Source: Pseudovirgaria hyperparasitica (Eukaryota). Taken from it: DNA of 64,000 nucleotides. This document shows positions 12,582 to 22,769 of the stretch, one piece after another (position 1 is the stretch's first letter; the number at the start of each line of letters is the position of its first letter). The notes beneath the pieces are model-generated. The model was not told where the DNA came from and ran no database searches. It was given only the letters and a program-made list of their open reading frames with translations. Position numbers and translations under genes: made by a program. The stretch is from NCBI GenBank assembly GCA_010093815.1, contig ML996582.1; one strand, given 5' to 3'.

Positions 12582-13497
12582 CTAGATTCTTTAGAGGAAA
12601 TTGAAGAGATAGTAGATGGTAGTAAGAGAAAGGAAAGGAGTAGTGGTAGTAGCTTAATATAAACTAAACATGAGCTTACTTATCTAGTAGACATATCTCT
12701 AGGTACATGTCCTCTCTTCTCTCTGCTCTCTTCTCTCTTCTCTCTTCTCTGGAGAGAAATCCAGTAGCCCTATCATTGTCACTTTATCCATTCCACGGCT
12801 CGCAACAACCACAACAGTCGACGATGACAACCGAAGTCAAGTTTACCAATTTTTGTGGGTGGCCATGACGTCCATCGCAGCTCTTTCCACGAGTATATTG
12901 AGTGTGGGCTGCGTCCCTGTCCTGACTCTTCTGATATGGAGGTCGAGACTAAAGACCAGACAGGAGAGGTTTGACGAAATCAATTCCTTTGTAGGTCTAG
13001 AGTCTTGTTTGACGTACGGAAAGCGCGTGTTTCGGGATTACTACAGCTTGGAATAGCTTTCCAGCAGGGCGACACGTGGTGGTAGTGTTTCTGCTGATCG
13101 ATCCGACAGACACCAGTGGATCAGGTTGCCCACCTATGGACCACTTGGGAAGGAGAGATCCTGGCGAAGACGCAGAGATGTATATGTGCCTCGCCGTGGT
13201 TCAATTGTGTTGTGTGTATGGGCGTGAGAGAAGTAGAGCAGGTCTAGGGCAAAGATGGACGGAGCGTCCGTGATATAATTGTTTTCTTGCCACTTCTTTT
13301 AGGCATAGCCTGCATAGCCTCCAATGTCTGAGCACAGGACACGGGGCAATAAGGATTACTTACCGTGAAATCAATGTCCGGCGGGGGATTGCTGGCTATT
13401 AGACGGAGATCAAAGGCTTGACAAGGAGGCGCACTACGAGAAGATTCCGCGTCAGGGTCGAGAATTAAGATTAATACACACAGAACAAAATGTCGAC

Positions 13498-14412
13498 TTA
13501 CAATGCGTATTTCTCACTGCATCGCCATGCCTGTTCAAGGTGTCGGACCTCTTCCATATCAACGGTCACCGAGGACATAGTCGCAATAAGTCGCTCGACA
13601 GCCTGATTGAATGCAAAATCCTGCGGGATGCCCTTGCGCTGTGAACAGAGGTCGAAAGATACGGGAAAAAACCCGGCCGTCTCCCAATCAAGAAGGCAGA
13701 TCGACTCATCTTGCTGCCAGAGTATGTTGCGCGGTGCGATGTCACGGTGGCAAATCACAAACTGACCGGGGTCAAAATTGAATCGATAGGTGGTATCCCA
13801 CTCAAGGAGGCGAGATTGGAACCAGGCATTCATTTGGTTGACGTCTCCCATAAAATCAACGCCAGTCTCAGGCAGAGGGCAATCGAAACATTTCCCCTCG
13901 CCCGCGAGGTTGCCCGGCGTTGTGCGTTTGAAAGAATACAGATGAGCGAGCGCTCTTGCGAGAATGGCGTACTGCTTCGGGGTCATGGCGTTTGCAGGAA
14001 TGCAAACACCCTCAATGTACTCCATTACCAGGTAACCCTTTCCATCGTGCTTGAAATATCGATAGACACGCGGTACTCGACAAACTTCAGGGTTGACCTT
14101 GTTGAATATGAAGCGTTGATTGTCTGCCTCAGCCTGGCTGACGATGAGTTTGACTATGGCGTTGGAAAGGATGCGTACTACGCGACTTGGAATTCCTAGG
14201 GAATGGTCGTGAGGAGGCCTTCGGCAGGCTTTAACGATCTCTGAATTGGAGAGATGACGGGTTGGGTCATATGCCTCAGAGGCTTGAGAAATCTCAGAAA
14301 TCTCACGAGCGTGCAGCTGCTCGGCTAAGTTTTCACCAACTGCGTCATCAGACTGTCGAACGCAGCTTTTGCACCCTTCCGCTTGAGACCTCGTTTCTGT
14401 GGTTAAGACCAT
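13498..14412 (-). CDS. Aminoglycoside-phosphotransferase (APH)/protein-kinase-like family protein
   Basis: Motifs VPRVYRYF, YLVMEYIEG, HRDIAPRNILW (catalytic loop) and LLDWETAG. The ORF stop overlaps a likely donor GTAAGT at 13501, with CTGAC branch and TAG acceptor at 13434, so a short extra 3' exon is possible. Confidence 0.88.
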   Translation of the reverse strand: MVLTTETRSQAEGCKSCVRQSDDAVGENLAEQLHAREISEISQASEAYDPTRHLSNSEIVKACRRPPHDHSLGIPSRVVRILSNAIVKLIVSQAEADNQRFIFNKVNPEVCRVPRVYRYFKHDGKGYLVMEYIEGVCIPANAMTPKQYAILARALAHLYSFKRTTPGNLAGEGKCFDCPLPETGVDFMGDVNQMNAWFQSRLLEWDTTYRFNFDPGQFVICHRDIAPRNILWQQDESICLLDWETAGFFPVSFDLCSQRKGIPQDFAFNQAVERLIATMSSVTVDMEEVRHLEQAWRCSEKYAL

Positions 14413-15411
14413 GGAGTGGTCGACTCTCTGTCTAAACTCAGCCCAAATTGGTTCAACCGAGGGCGAGGCTGGAAGACATGCCTGAGGCTTCTTAGGGTGA
14501 ACAGGTCGATAGCGGGCTTCTGCGGGCCAGGCCGGTGATGCTGTGGCGTGCTGTTAGAACAGACTACAAAGAGACGTGCGAGTCCTTACTATGATCTTGT
14601 GGTGTATACTGGGGATCATCCAAAGATCGCTCGTCGGAGTAGTGTATATCTGGTTGATTGAATGGCGCTTCGCGCTTTACAGGGGGGCACATTTTTCTGT
14701 TGCTTGACGTGCAGGCTTTAATGTGCCAGTCGAATTTTCATGCATTTCAGGGATCAAGACATCGCTAAGGTGTTGTCGCTTCCAAGAATATGGTTGTGTA
14801 GTACAGGGCGTAGGGCGAGTAGATCTGACTTCGCCACTTTGCTTCGATATATAGCTCGTGCCTCCAAGCGAGGTACCAAGCAATATAATAACATAATCAG
14901 ATAAGCCATATAACATATCATACACACACATACGTATTATGCTCATTTCTTTCATCTAGATATGATGTACATTCTTGAAATTCTTACGGGCTTTTTTCAT
15001 AGTAGAGCTGTTCAGAGTTTTCTATAGTCTTTCTAGTCATATATTACTATACTAATAAGTCTGCGATCAACATTCTAGATACATTTTTACTTACTTGTTA
15101 TCCCTTCATTAAAACGACGTTGTTACATACGTAGCTTACTTACCTATTCGTTGGACGCCTAGTTTTTCTATTTCCCAGAACGCCTCCGGGCTGAGCCTTG
15201 TAGACTACCTTGTAGCATTCCAGGTGATCGAAGCACCGGGGTATGTCACGGTGGCAACGTGGCGGGCAATTTACACCTCTGGGCTACTGGTAGTATGGAC
15301 TGTAGTCATTGTAGATGCACCGGTATTATGAAATTGCCTTGTACTATCTGTACAACTGGGCACTGCCCGTTCCGCGGCTTCATATCCCCTGCAGCTCTTT
15401 GGGCCTGCCAT

Positions 15412-16530
15412 TCATGGCCTAAGAACCCAATCCCTATTGATCCATACATAAGCATTATTGCGCCTCGATACATAGTATTGCCCATCCCAGTCCGAATCCG
15501 CAGGACCAGTTCCTGAGACCCTTGCTGTGGCAGATGGCGACATGTTAGACGCTGAAAAAGCAGTTGAATACTGCGATGGCCTGGTAGACGTCTGATACGA
15601 AGTCTGATACGAAGTCTGATACGCTGGAGAATTGGTAGACGTCTGATACGGAGTCTGATACGAAGTCTGATACGAAGTCTGATACGCTGGAGAATTGGTA
15701 GACGTCTGATACGGAGTCTGATACGTTGGCGACGTGATAGACGTCTGGAACGCAGTTGGGTACACTGGCGACGTGATCGACGCCGAATACATACTCTGAT
15801 GCACTGGTGATGTGATAGCCGTTGGAGAGACATGCGAATAGGATGGCGACGTGGTCGACCTCGAGGAAGCGTATAATGGTGATGTGATAGCCGTTGGAGA
15901 GACATGCGAATAGGATGGCGACGTGGTCGACCTCGAGGAAGCGTATAATGGTGATGTGGTGGCCGTGGGAGGGTTCAGATTAGGCAGTGGCGGGTTGGCA
16001 GTTATAGTGCGAACAACTCTGCCCTCCACGTACACTTTAATCTCACCACTTGTTGCATCGACGAAGACAGATCCTCGATCATCGTGGTCATTGCCCGTTG
16101 GTACATTGTAAGTCTCTGTTAGGTCCACGGAAAGACCTTTATCACTTAGCTTTCTTTCCATGATCTGTTGCTGTTCGAGGAGTGCCACGCTAGACTTGTA
16201 GATAGCGCAAATAACCAGAGAGCTAGAGTCTCCCAGAGCCTTTCGATGTTTTTTGTATTTGGACAACATGCGATCCATAAATGATTCCACATGGTTGTTT
16301 CCAGCGTATGGGTCGTCTTCACTGCTGTCATCTGGCCGAGGTGCTACGTGCCCTAGCATTGCGCCTTTCGAAGAGACAATGACAATAACGGAGCATGAAC
16401 CGAGATTATCTGTCCCAATTCCAGGTATCTTGGAGAAAATTACGAGGCCAAAGTCGTTCATGGTGACTGCTTTTGCCAGTTCTATCGATACCACCGTACG
16501 AAATCTGCTCATTTCGGGAGGGGTGTCCAT
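15412..16530 (-). CDS. Uncharacterised protein, 372 aa: N-terminal CheD/CNF1/NTAN1-like Cys-His putative deamidase domain plus Ser/Thr/Tyr tandem-repeat tail
   Basis: Intronless ATG-initiated ORF. GTDNLGSCSVIVIVSSKGAMLGHVAP resembles the CheD LGSC...H catalytic motif. The fold assignment is by eye. Confidence 0.7.
   Translation of the reverse strand: MDTPPEMSRFRTVVSIELAKAVTMNDFGLVIFSKIPGIGTDNLGSCSVIVIVSSKGAMLGHVAPRPDDSSEDDPYAGNNHVESFMDRMLSKYKKHRKALGDSSSLVICAIYKSSVALLEQQQIMERKLSDKGLSVDLTETYNVPTGNDHDDRGSVFVDATSGEIKVYVEGRVVRTITANPPLPNLNPPTATTSPLYASSRSTTSPSYSHVSPTAITSPLYASSRSTTSPSYSHVSPTAITSPVHQSMYSASITSPVYPTAFQTSITSPTYQTPYQTSTNSPAYQTSYQTSYQTPYQTSTNSPAYQTSYQTSYQTSTRPSQYSTAFSASNMSPSATARVSGTGPADSDWDGQYYVSRRNNAYVWINRDWVLRP
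15585..15958 (-). repeat. Coding tandem repeats: 72-bp units (start 15805, 15877, partial 15949) and 12-bp YQT[S/P] units
   Basis: ITSPLYASSRSTTSPSYSHVSPTA occurs twice; gtctgatacg[a/g]a repeats at 15590-15725. Confidence 0.92.
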
Positions 16531-16932
16531 TTCGATAGAAGAAGTTGCTGCTTGTGGGTAAAGATCTTGAGAGAATTTCTTGAAACTATTTCAGGCTCAG
16601 GTTGACGCTGTGGGAAGTGCAAAGCTTTTATGTCGAGAGGCTTGTAGACTTGATTGAACCATCAGACCCTTGTCGTGGTCTGCGCCTTTTGGATATCACG
16701 CTGGTAATGCTGGAATGTACAACGCATAAGGCAACCATCGGACCTTCCTTGATGCTGATCTGATGGGAATGTTCCGCTGCTATCCTGTCCTGTGTAACTT
16801 GCCGCACTTTGCACCGTATGGAATGCACAGTGCTGCCTAGGACAACCTACTAGACATTCAAACAATGAAAAAATTGTCATCAGTCAATGTGAAACGAACA
16901 TGATCATGTGTCAGGCAAGATACACATATATC

Positions 16933-17865
16933 TCACATTTTCTTCCGGTTTTCTGTGCCATAAAGCTGGCACTCCTCTGCTTCCTCAAGAATGAGGGCAA
17001 CGTCATTTAAGTTATCCATCTCAGCCCAATATCGTGGTGTTTTACTCTTCGTGTCCAGTTTCAAAGGGTCAGCACCCACCTCTAACAGATACTTAACGAT
17101 GTCCACCTTTCCAAACTCTGCAGCCCGATGGAGTGGTGTACCGAGGCCAAACCCTATACGCGCCCGAAATCCTTTGGGGTCATTCGCATACTTCACCTCG
17201 TTGATTGGTACTCCTAGCTCTACGAGTCGACGAACCACCTCTAGAGCGTCAGGTTTATCCCTGATAACGGCCCAATGCAGGAGTTGTCCAAAGTTCTGGT
17301 TTGCCCCACGAGAGAACAGATAGTCGATAAGTTCCAGTGGAGCTCTCAAAATAGCATCGGACATAGGTGTCAAGTCATAGTCGCAGCGGCTGTTAGGATC
17401 GGCACCATGGTCAAGAAGCCACCGAACCATTTCCCAATCACCCTGACTTATGGGAATGCTGGGGGACCGTAAGTAAAGATCATAGTTATAAGCGTGGAAA
17501 AGTAACCTCAACGCCGAAGCCTCACCCCGGCCTCTCGGCGTGTTTATATCCCACCCAAGCCCAAGGAAGAGATTCAGAACCTTGTATTTTCGGGAACGTA
17601 CAGCGGCTACAAACAGAAAACTTGAAAGTTCCGAAATCTTCTCATCAAGCAGGTATTGAATGAGTTCTATGTTCTGCTTTGCCATGGCGACAAGTAGCGA
17701 GTCGAACAACCAGCCGGGACGAGGCATATTTCCCCCAGATTTCGGCCACCCAGGCGTGTGTAGTAGACGCTGGACTTGTTCTTTAACACCATCGATATCT
17801 CCTCGACAAGCGGCCTCGTAACACAGCCTGACTTCCACGGGCCTTGTCAATGTTGGCGAAGACAT
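16933..17865 (-). CDS. Ankyrin-repeat protein
   Basis: GTPLHRAAEFGKVDIVKYLLEVGADP, WLLDHGADPN and LLHWAV ankyrin repeats. Probable stop-free 48-nt intron at 17506-17459 (GTTACT..CCCAG). Confidence 0.92.
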   Translation of the reverse strand: MSSPTLTRPVEVRLCYEAACRGDIDGVKEQVQRLLHTPGWPKSGGNMPRPGWLFDSLLVAMAKQNIELIQYLLDEKISELSSFLFVAAVRSRKYKVLNLFLGLGWDINTPRGRGEASALRLLFHAYNYDLYLRSPSIPISQGDWEMVRWLLDHGADPNSRCDYDLTPMSDAILRAPLELIDYLFSRGANQNFGQLLHWAVIRDKPDALEVVRRLVELGVPINEVKYANDPKGFRARIGFGLGTPLHRAAEFGKVDIVKYLLEVGADPLKLDTKSKTPRYWAEMDNLNDVALILEEAEECQLYGTENRKKM

Positions 17866-18106
17866 TGTCCTGAGTGGATGCGTGTTTGGTAGGAAGTTGC
17901 CTCTGGCTCAAGAAGTCTTACCACTTCGCGGGGTAATTAGGCAGTATGTGCGACCTAATTGCGTAAGTGTGATCTCAGTGGATTGAGACTTCCTGCCAAG
18001 GCGCCACGAGTGCGCGTTCAGGTGTCCAGTTCTTACAATTTTTAAGACAGCATCTAGGTCTTATCAGTCATAGACAATACCATAGCCCTGGTACTTCTTA
18101 TACCAA

Positions 18107-18277
18107 CAGCGGGTTCAAAAAGTGACTGAACGCCGATGTGTCTCTGCGCGCAGATCGCAACATTAAAACAAAGATAATATTTAAGAGATTAATCTATAGA
18201 TTACTAGTGGATTTAAGTATAGGAATGCTAGCATGGTTTTGGTAGTTGCCGATGATCGGTGACTTTTGAACCCACTG
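18107..18277. mobile_element. Degenerate 171-bp MITE with Tc1/impala (mimp)-like terminal inverted repeats
   Basis: Left end CAGCGGGTTCAAAAAGTGACTGA; reverse complement of right end CAGTGGGTTCAAAAGTCACCGA; AT-rich non-coding core. No TA target-site duplication is visible. Confidence 0.6.
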
Positions 18278-18279
18278 AT

Positions 18280-18490
18280 GTATTATCTTTTATCATTATC
18301 TTTCATTAGCTCTATTTTATACATATAGTTAGTTATTACTAGGTATAAAGATAGAAGAGAGAGCTATAGCTCGAAATAATACTAGTTTTATATATATATA
18401 TATATATCATGAGTATAAATATAGTAGAGAGAGATAAGAACATAGAAATGTAGGAGATTTATTCTGTAGAGAGAGTGCAAACATAAAGAC
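18280..18490. other. AT/TpA-rich patch with (TA)n, possibly a RIP-degenerated repeat remnant
   Basis: Sharp drop in GC with many TA dinucleotides compared with the flanks. A similar patch lies at ~14880-15170. Confidence 0.45.
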
Positions 18491-19395
18491 TTGATAGCCT
18501 TGCCAGGAAGAAAAGACATGGCAATCTTCCATCCTTCATCTATAAGGTTGGTCGGTCTATTCTAGTACCGACCTAATGGTTACTATTGCCTGACTATACA
18601 AGGCTAGTCAGATCGGTGACACTTACTAAGACCATCTCCTCTGCAAGGCATCGGATGGCGCCTTGCATAATCTGACGGGGAGAGTGTACCTTACTTAGTA
18701 AGACAACTTAAGTTTGCCCTCTCCATAAAAAAGGAAAACCGTCATGACAAGACCCTTCCTGGCACATAAGATGAACACCTATCATTTCGACGACAGCACT
18801 ATTAGATAGTGACAATATGCCTCAAGCTTACACCCCCAGTTTGTTTCTCTGCCAAGAGAGAATGAAACGGATCGTGCCATGCCCATGGCCCCAATCGGGT
18901 ACAGCCATTGGCGGCGGGCCTGACTCGTATAAGCCTCAGGCGGAGTCTCACGTCCGTCCGATCCAGACTGAAAACTTAACCTTTTTCCTGTGCTCGTAGC
19001 CTCGTCTCGTCGGGCCGCCTGGTCAAGCAGGCAATTCACGCTTTGCGACATGTGCCATGAGAGCAGCCGCGCAACCGCCACAGTGAAATTGCATTACGAT
19101 GGACTGGCATGGTGGAAGTAAACCATTAATTAATGCGATAAAGGGTGCATCGGTGAAGCCGACCATGTGATTTGATATGATAACGATAACAATGCTTACT
19201 CTCAATAGACTTGCCCCGAGGCGTGTGGCGATACCGTCCGTATAATATAATGCAGAAGACAGCGAATGCGAGTACGAGTCTAGCAAGTATCTAGACAAAT
19301 AGGAACCTTACAAAGCTACGAGCTTCGATCTCTCTACGACGCGTTCTTGCCAGGGATATGATGATTGATGCTTTGTGATCATGCTTTGGGGTATC

Positions 19396-21041
19396 TCAGA
19401 AAACTGTGCCGTCAGAAACGATCATGATGGGGGGCTCCTTCGTATTGGGTCGCGATACTTCCGCAAGCTCACGGCCACCCTATTATGAGTTAGTGACATG
19501 AATCCAGGGGAAAAGCCTGAAACAGACTCACCTTCCAAGTGCCGGCTTCAAGCATCTGTGCGAGAGACAGTGCGTCGGCTCCGCGCAGACTAAGCAGTGC
19601 ATTGACCTCCACCAGTAATTCATCCAAGAATCCCACTGTAACAGCTCGCCATTCAATAATGACGTCGTCATCTACAGGGAAAAGTGGTACTACTTCCATG
19701 CTCGGCTGGCCCTTCAATTGCGCATTCTTTGCAAAGTTCTCGAGACCTCGCTTCGTGTCCTCGTCTTTCAGTGTGAGGAGACCCGTGTCGATGAGTAAGC
19801 CACCGTTTCGGTATTCGGGTAGACCCGTCATCAGTTCAACCCCTGCGAATCGTACATTGAGCAGCTTCGACATGGGAACCATGAGAGAATAGGCAAGCCA
19901 CTGGGTAAGTTTGTGAAATGGCAGAATGTTCTCCCACGGGCGGTCAGGGTGTGATGGCATCTGAGAGCATGGCCAGGCATCGCCGATCGACACTCCATTG
20001 ATGCGAGTTCGCGTTGCCGGCCATATTGGTCCAAGGCTGTCCATTAGAACTGTCCATAAGGTTGGGACTGGGATGATTGGGACCGAAGATGCTTGCGTCG
20101 ATGGATGGGAAAGAAGATAATCTGGTTGTGGTTAGCGTGCCCGTGAGAATGATATTAGCCATGAAATTACCCAGCATGTTTCCTGGACGAGCCTCAACCC
20201 CAAATACCTCCTGTTTCTGAAGAGCATCTGCGAGTCTATTGAGAAGTTCGGTACGTCCTTCTAGGCCATTGATAGGATTCTGGTCGGTGACCTGTAGGCC
20301 CCGTGCCACAGCGGTCACATCAAGCCTACGCAGTCCCCTGCTGTCAACCTGATGCGGAACGGCGACATTGCTGCTGAACAGACCAGCTTTGAACATCTCC
20401 AAGCTTGCAATAGCGAGGCCTTCACTCCGACGATAAATTTTTCCACTCTCTTTGCTTCGATATTGCCATTTCGTCCCTGCGCCTGCATCAAGGAGTACGG
20501 AGACGAGGAAGAGGTCAATCAACCGACGCGTACGCTCCTGTGCGTTAATTTGTGTTGACCAGGAGGCCAAGAGCTGGTCAACACGTGGACGACCACCGAC
20601 TTCAAAGTGTTGCCAGCGGCCATGAGGGGGAATGGTGGAGTAATCAGGGGCGAAGTCACGCTGTGGACAAGACACATTAGTTGTTGAAGCCAGAAAAAGT
20701 ATGAAATGACCGACCTTGATGATCGACACTACATAGCCAGCAGTGTCGGCAAACTTGTCCAGATCCACAACAAAATGCTTCAATTGATTCTTCTTGGCCT
20801 TCTCCAACACCAGCTTCGAACGATCTCTGACGGCATATATGCTGCGAAGATACCCCACAGGATCTAGATTCGGGTCTGGAGCTTTGGGAAGGGTGATATC
20901 AGGGAGAGGGTTGGAGGTACGCGAGTGAGCGCTCTGTGACATAGACATGGCTGGCGACCTTGAAGAGCCATTGGAGACTGTAGAGTGCGTGCTGGCTCCT
21001 GAGAGTGACGGCTTGTTGCCTTTTCGACCAAACAGCCCCAT
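19396..21041 (-). CDS. DUF1688 family protein (uracil catabolism Urc4/Urg3-like), ~496 aa
   Basis: Four exons (introns 20714-20661, 20170-20122, 19531-19480) join in frame. Motifs IPPHGRWQHF, SVLLDAGAG, RSEGLA, FHKLTQWLAYSL, TGLPEYRNGGL and C-terminal SDGTVF. Confidence 0.92.
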
Positions 21042-22769
21042 GTCTAGAGTTGTCGGGGCTCTCCGTCTGGTTTAGAGCGCTCGGGCAAACACGAGTGGGT
21101 CAATTGATGTCTGAGCTGGAAGTCTTTGAAGATAACGAGCGTAAAGCTGTGGTAGGCAACGTGCTTGCGGCCAGATACAAGGGACGTGTGTGTGTGTGGG
21201 TGCAGGCCAAGTCGACAGCGGCACTTCCACCTAGAGGCAATTGTGTTTGTATACTGGCGGGGCTCAGCAAGTGAATCCAGGCAGAGAGCTGCAAGACCAA
21301 GCGCACCGCACCACGTAGGATTACGTAGCAGGGAGATGGACGAGTGAATAACGAGAACGAAAGAGGAGGGAAGAGAGAGAAGGAGAAGAAGGGGGAACCC
21401 GGGAGTTGGGATGCTTGGATGGATAAATTGGTGAACGGTGTGGATTGGGGTAGAAGCTAGGGCTCTGGATGGAAAGCTGGAGGAACGAAAGGCCCGAGAT
21501 TTGGGGCCAGCCCTAGGTCCCCCTTCCGTAGTCTTGGCCTGCTTTTTGCCTCGCACCGCAGGCACACGGCAGAATCAAACGAAATAGCAGCACACCCAGG
21601 CAACATGTGGCAGCCACAGACTCAGGCAAAGTTCAACCAGACTATAATTTCTCCATGCGAGTCACGTTAGCGTCCCATCGCAAAGTGCACCTGGCGAGAC
21701 CTGAAGACTGACTACCGGCCTGTTCTCCCTCGGTCGCGTGGCGTACAAGGTCCAACGCGATCGAGCTCAAGCGGCGAGATGGCCTCGCTCTAGCCAAACG
21801 TTGTTCTGCCTCCTTCTATGTGCTGTGCTAACACTGTAATATTGCCCTTCGTCCAGATCCCACTCCGCTCGCCTATCGCAGCTGTTCCCCGGCAGCATCC
21901 TGTTGATCTCGCTGTCTAGGATGTCTCAGACTGTTCAGCTGTGGCGGGTAGCGGCACAAAGGGGTGCGTCCAGGGGTCGGGGCCATCAAGGATGCCAGTG
22001 TCCTCCCCTCGTCCCTGCAAAGGCGTGGACCCGTTGGCCGTAGCAGGGTTCCGTTCACCAACTACCCTGGATCTGTACTATGTCTATGCACGACACAAGC
22101 CGTGAGCTGTCTTCGAGAATTTCGAGGCGATGATGTGTGCTGCTCCTGTCGCTCGTCGCTTATCGGGTTGCTGGTAACCATGCACGGAAAATAACCAACA
22201 ACAATTATAGTTGTGGTAGCTCGAGACTGCAAGCAGGGACTCTGCAGCCATGCTTATCTATGTTCCGGTTTCCTTGGACGCTGCGAACGTCAGCGGCAGT
22301 CCTCGCTGATGAACAACCCTCTTTGCACCCGGTGACCATAGTTGATCCTGTGGAGGAGTTCTCTGCCCGGGCGCTCGGCAGGCTACTGTATTCGTGTAGT
22401 AGGGTTGCGGCTATGGCTCAATCGTTGTTCTTTGAGGGTTCTTTGTGAAAATGGAGGCGTCCAAGTGCAAGATGCATCCATCCACCTCTGTAAACTCATT
22501 CGGGGCGATCGGGGCATACGGAGCAGCGCCGCGCATTCCATATCAGGCTTCCAGGCAATAAGGCACGAGTACGTTAATACAGCTCAACAGTGATCTTGTG
22601 CTTCAGTATAACTGGTTTAGTCTTCAGACCTCACGTAACGCTATACACAATCAAGAATCATGCTACGACGCGTCTAGTCTGTATAGGCAGATAACTCTGA
22701 GATCGCTGACTTCGACGCTGATGCGTTCACGCCTTACCCCGCCAAGTGTGTGTGTGTGTCGCTGTCGAT

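Noticed and set aside
15585..15958. Regular repeats as a possible CRISPR array
   Set aside because: Eukaryotic context, no unique spacers, and the repeats are in-frame coding units.
13000..19000. Starship or other large mobile element carrying the island
   Set aside because: No tyrosine-recombinase captain or transposase ORF, and no convincing boundary repeats in the window.
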